DNA of 64,000 bases from Callorhinchus milii (lineage: Eukaryota). Shown here in pieces: positions 63,159-64,000 of this stretch. Where the stretch lies: assembly GCF_018977255.1 (NCBI RefSeq), contig NW_024704742.1, forward strand, positions 117,554,001-117,618,000, given 5' to 3'. The notes beneath the pieces were generated by a model. It had not been told where the DNA came from, made no database searches, and saw nothing but the letters and a program-made list of their open reading frames with translations. The position numbers and the translations under genes are program-made. Position 1 is the first letter of the stretch, and each line of letters begins with the position of its first letter.

Positions 63159-64000
63159 GTGAGAAGGCAAATGTGGTTTAATCAATCAGAATTGTCTCAA
63201 TATACATTTATTATATATTCAAAATTATGTTTCTCATTTTTTCTAATAATATTTATGAAAGGATATAGTGATAAGATAAACATGATACTTTGTATCAATA
63301 CGTTTGACTTGGAGTCAGCAACTTTGCACCTTGCATTGCTCCTTGTACGGTTTGGGGAGAGAGCTATGGCCTAATAAGCAGCCGGCCAGCATAAAACATT
63401 GGTATTTGCTTGATAGTTTTAGTGTGATGTTCAGCTACATAAATGAAGGATGAATGTTCTTTCAAGTTGTATATTCTACAAGTTGCAGTTTGGCAATTTG
63501 GTCCGAATGGAATTTTCTTCCTGCCCATCAGTTTCAGTTTCACCTTAATCCTGATTTTATCTTATTTTGTGCCCAATAGCAAAAAAAAAGTTCCCAAATT
63601 TATCAGCACTCAACCTGTCCATGTCCTAGACATGGGAAATGAAAATTATTAATAAATCATTACATTAAGTGGTACTCGAAGGAGGTGGAGGGCTTTGTAA
63701 TGTTATCCTTAGAATGGGACTGAGAGGCTGAAAGACAATAAATAGAGGTTGACACATGCATAAAATTAAGACAAAATAGCCATGACTAAAAATGTATTAT
63801 TGAAGAGGTTCATGTTCTCATGTTCTCTGTTTGTCATATTCTCTGATAAACCAGAAAAGTCACAGCCACAAGTCAAGGATATCATATATGTGAATCTGCT
63901 TTTACTTTCATAGTTGTGAAAACTTGAGAAAACTCTGAAAATGCTGTTATGAAAATTCATACAATGGGTTCCCACTGCAGCATCGGATAGAATACCTTCA

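Noticed and set aside
63159..64000. CRHBP final exon
   Set aside because: No matching sequence (AQMK.GC...VRMVSSG type) before the window end; presumably downstream.

Overview
AT-rich, repeat-dense vertebrate genomic DNA. The tRNA/Deu-domain SINEs and the L2, CR1 and Penelope remnants suggest a cartilaginous fish (inference only). Three protein-coding genes are well supported: an intronless, GC-rich cholesterol 25-hydroxylase-like gene (minus strand, 15383-16285); S100Z (plus; non-coding exon 1 and coding exons 31495-31635 and 42197-42361); and CRHBP (plus; coding exons 1-6 at 54813-63158, last exon beyond the window). The rest is mostly retroelement debris. The most interesting non-genic signals are: a Gag relic with a zinc knuckle hidden behind a stop codon and an inverted second gag fragment; a minimal hammerhead ribozyme in a Penelope-like remnant; a SINE series whose 3' hairpin covaries with the L2 tail; a recent ~1.5 kb local duplication with a TSD-like junction; a 42-bp inverted templated insertion; an unnamed old repeat with 4 independent copies; and an L2 tail forming the CRHBP exon-4 splice-acceptor region. 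I found no convincing evidence of a wholly new gene system. Repeat boundaries and family assignments are by eye and approximate.
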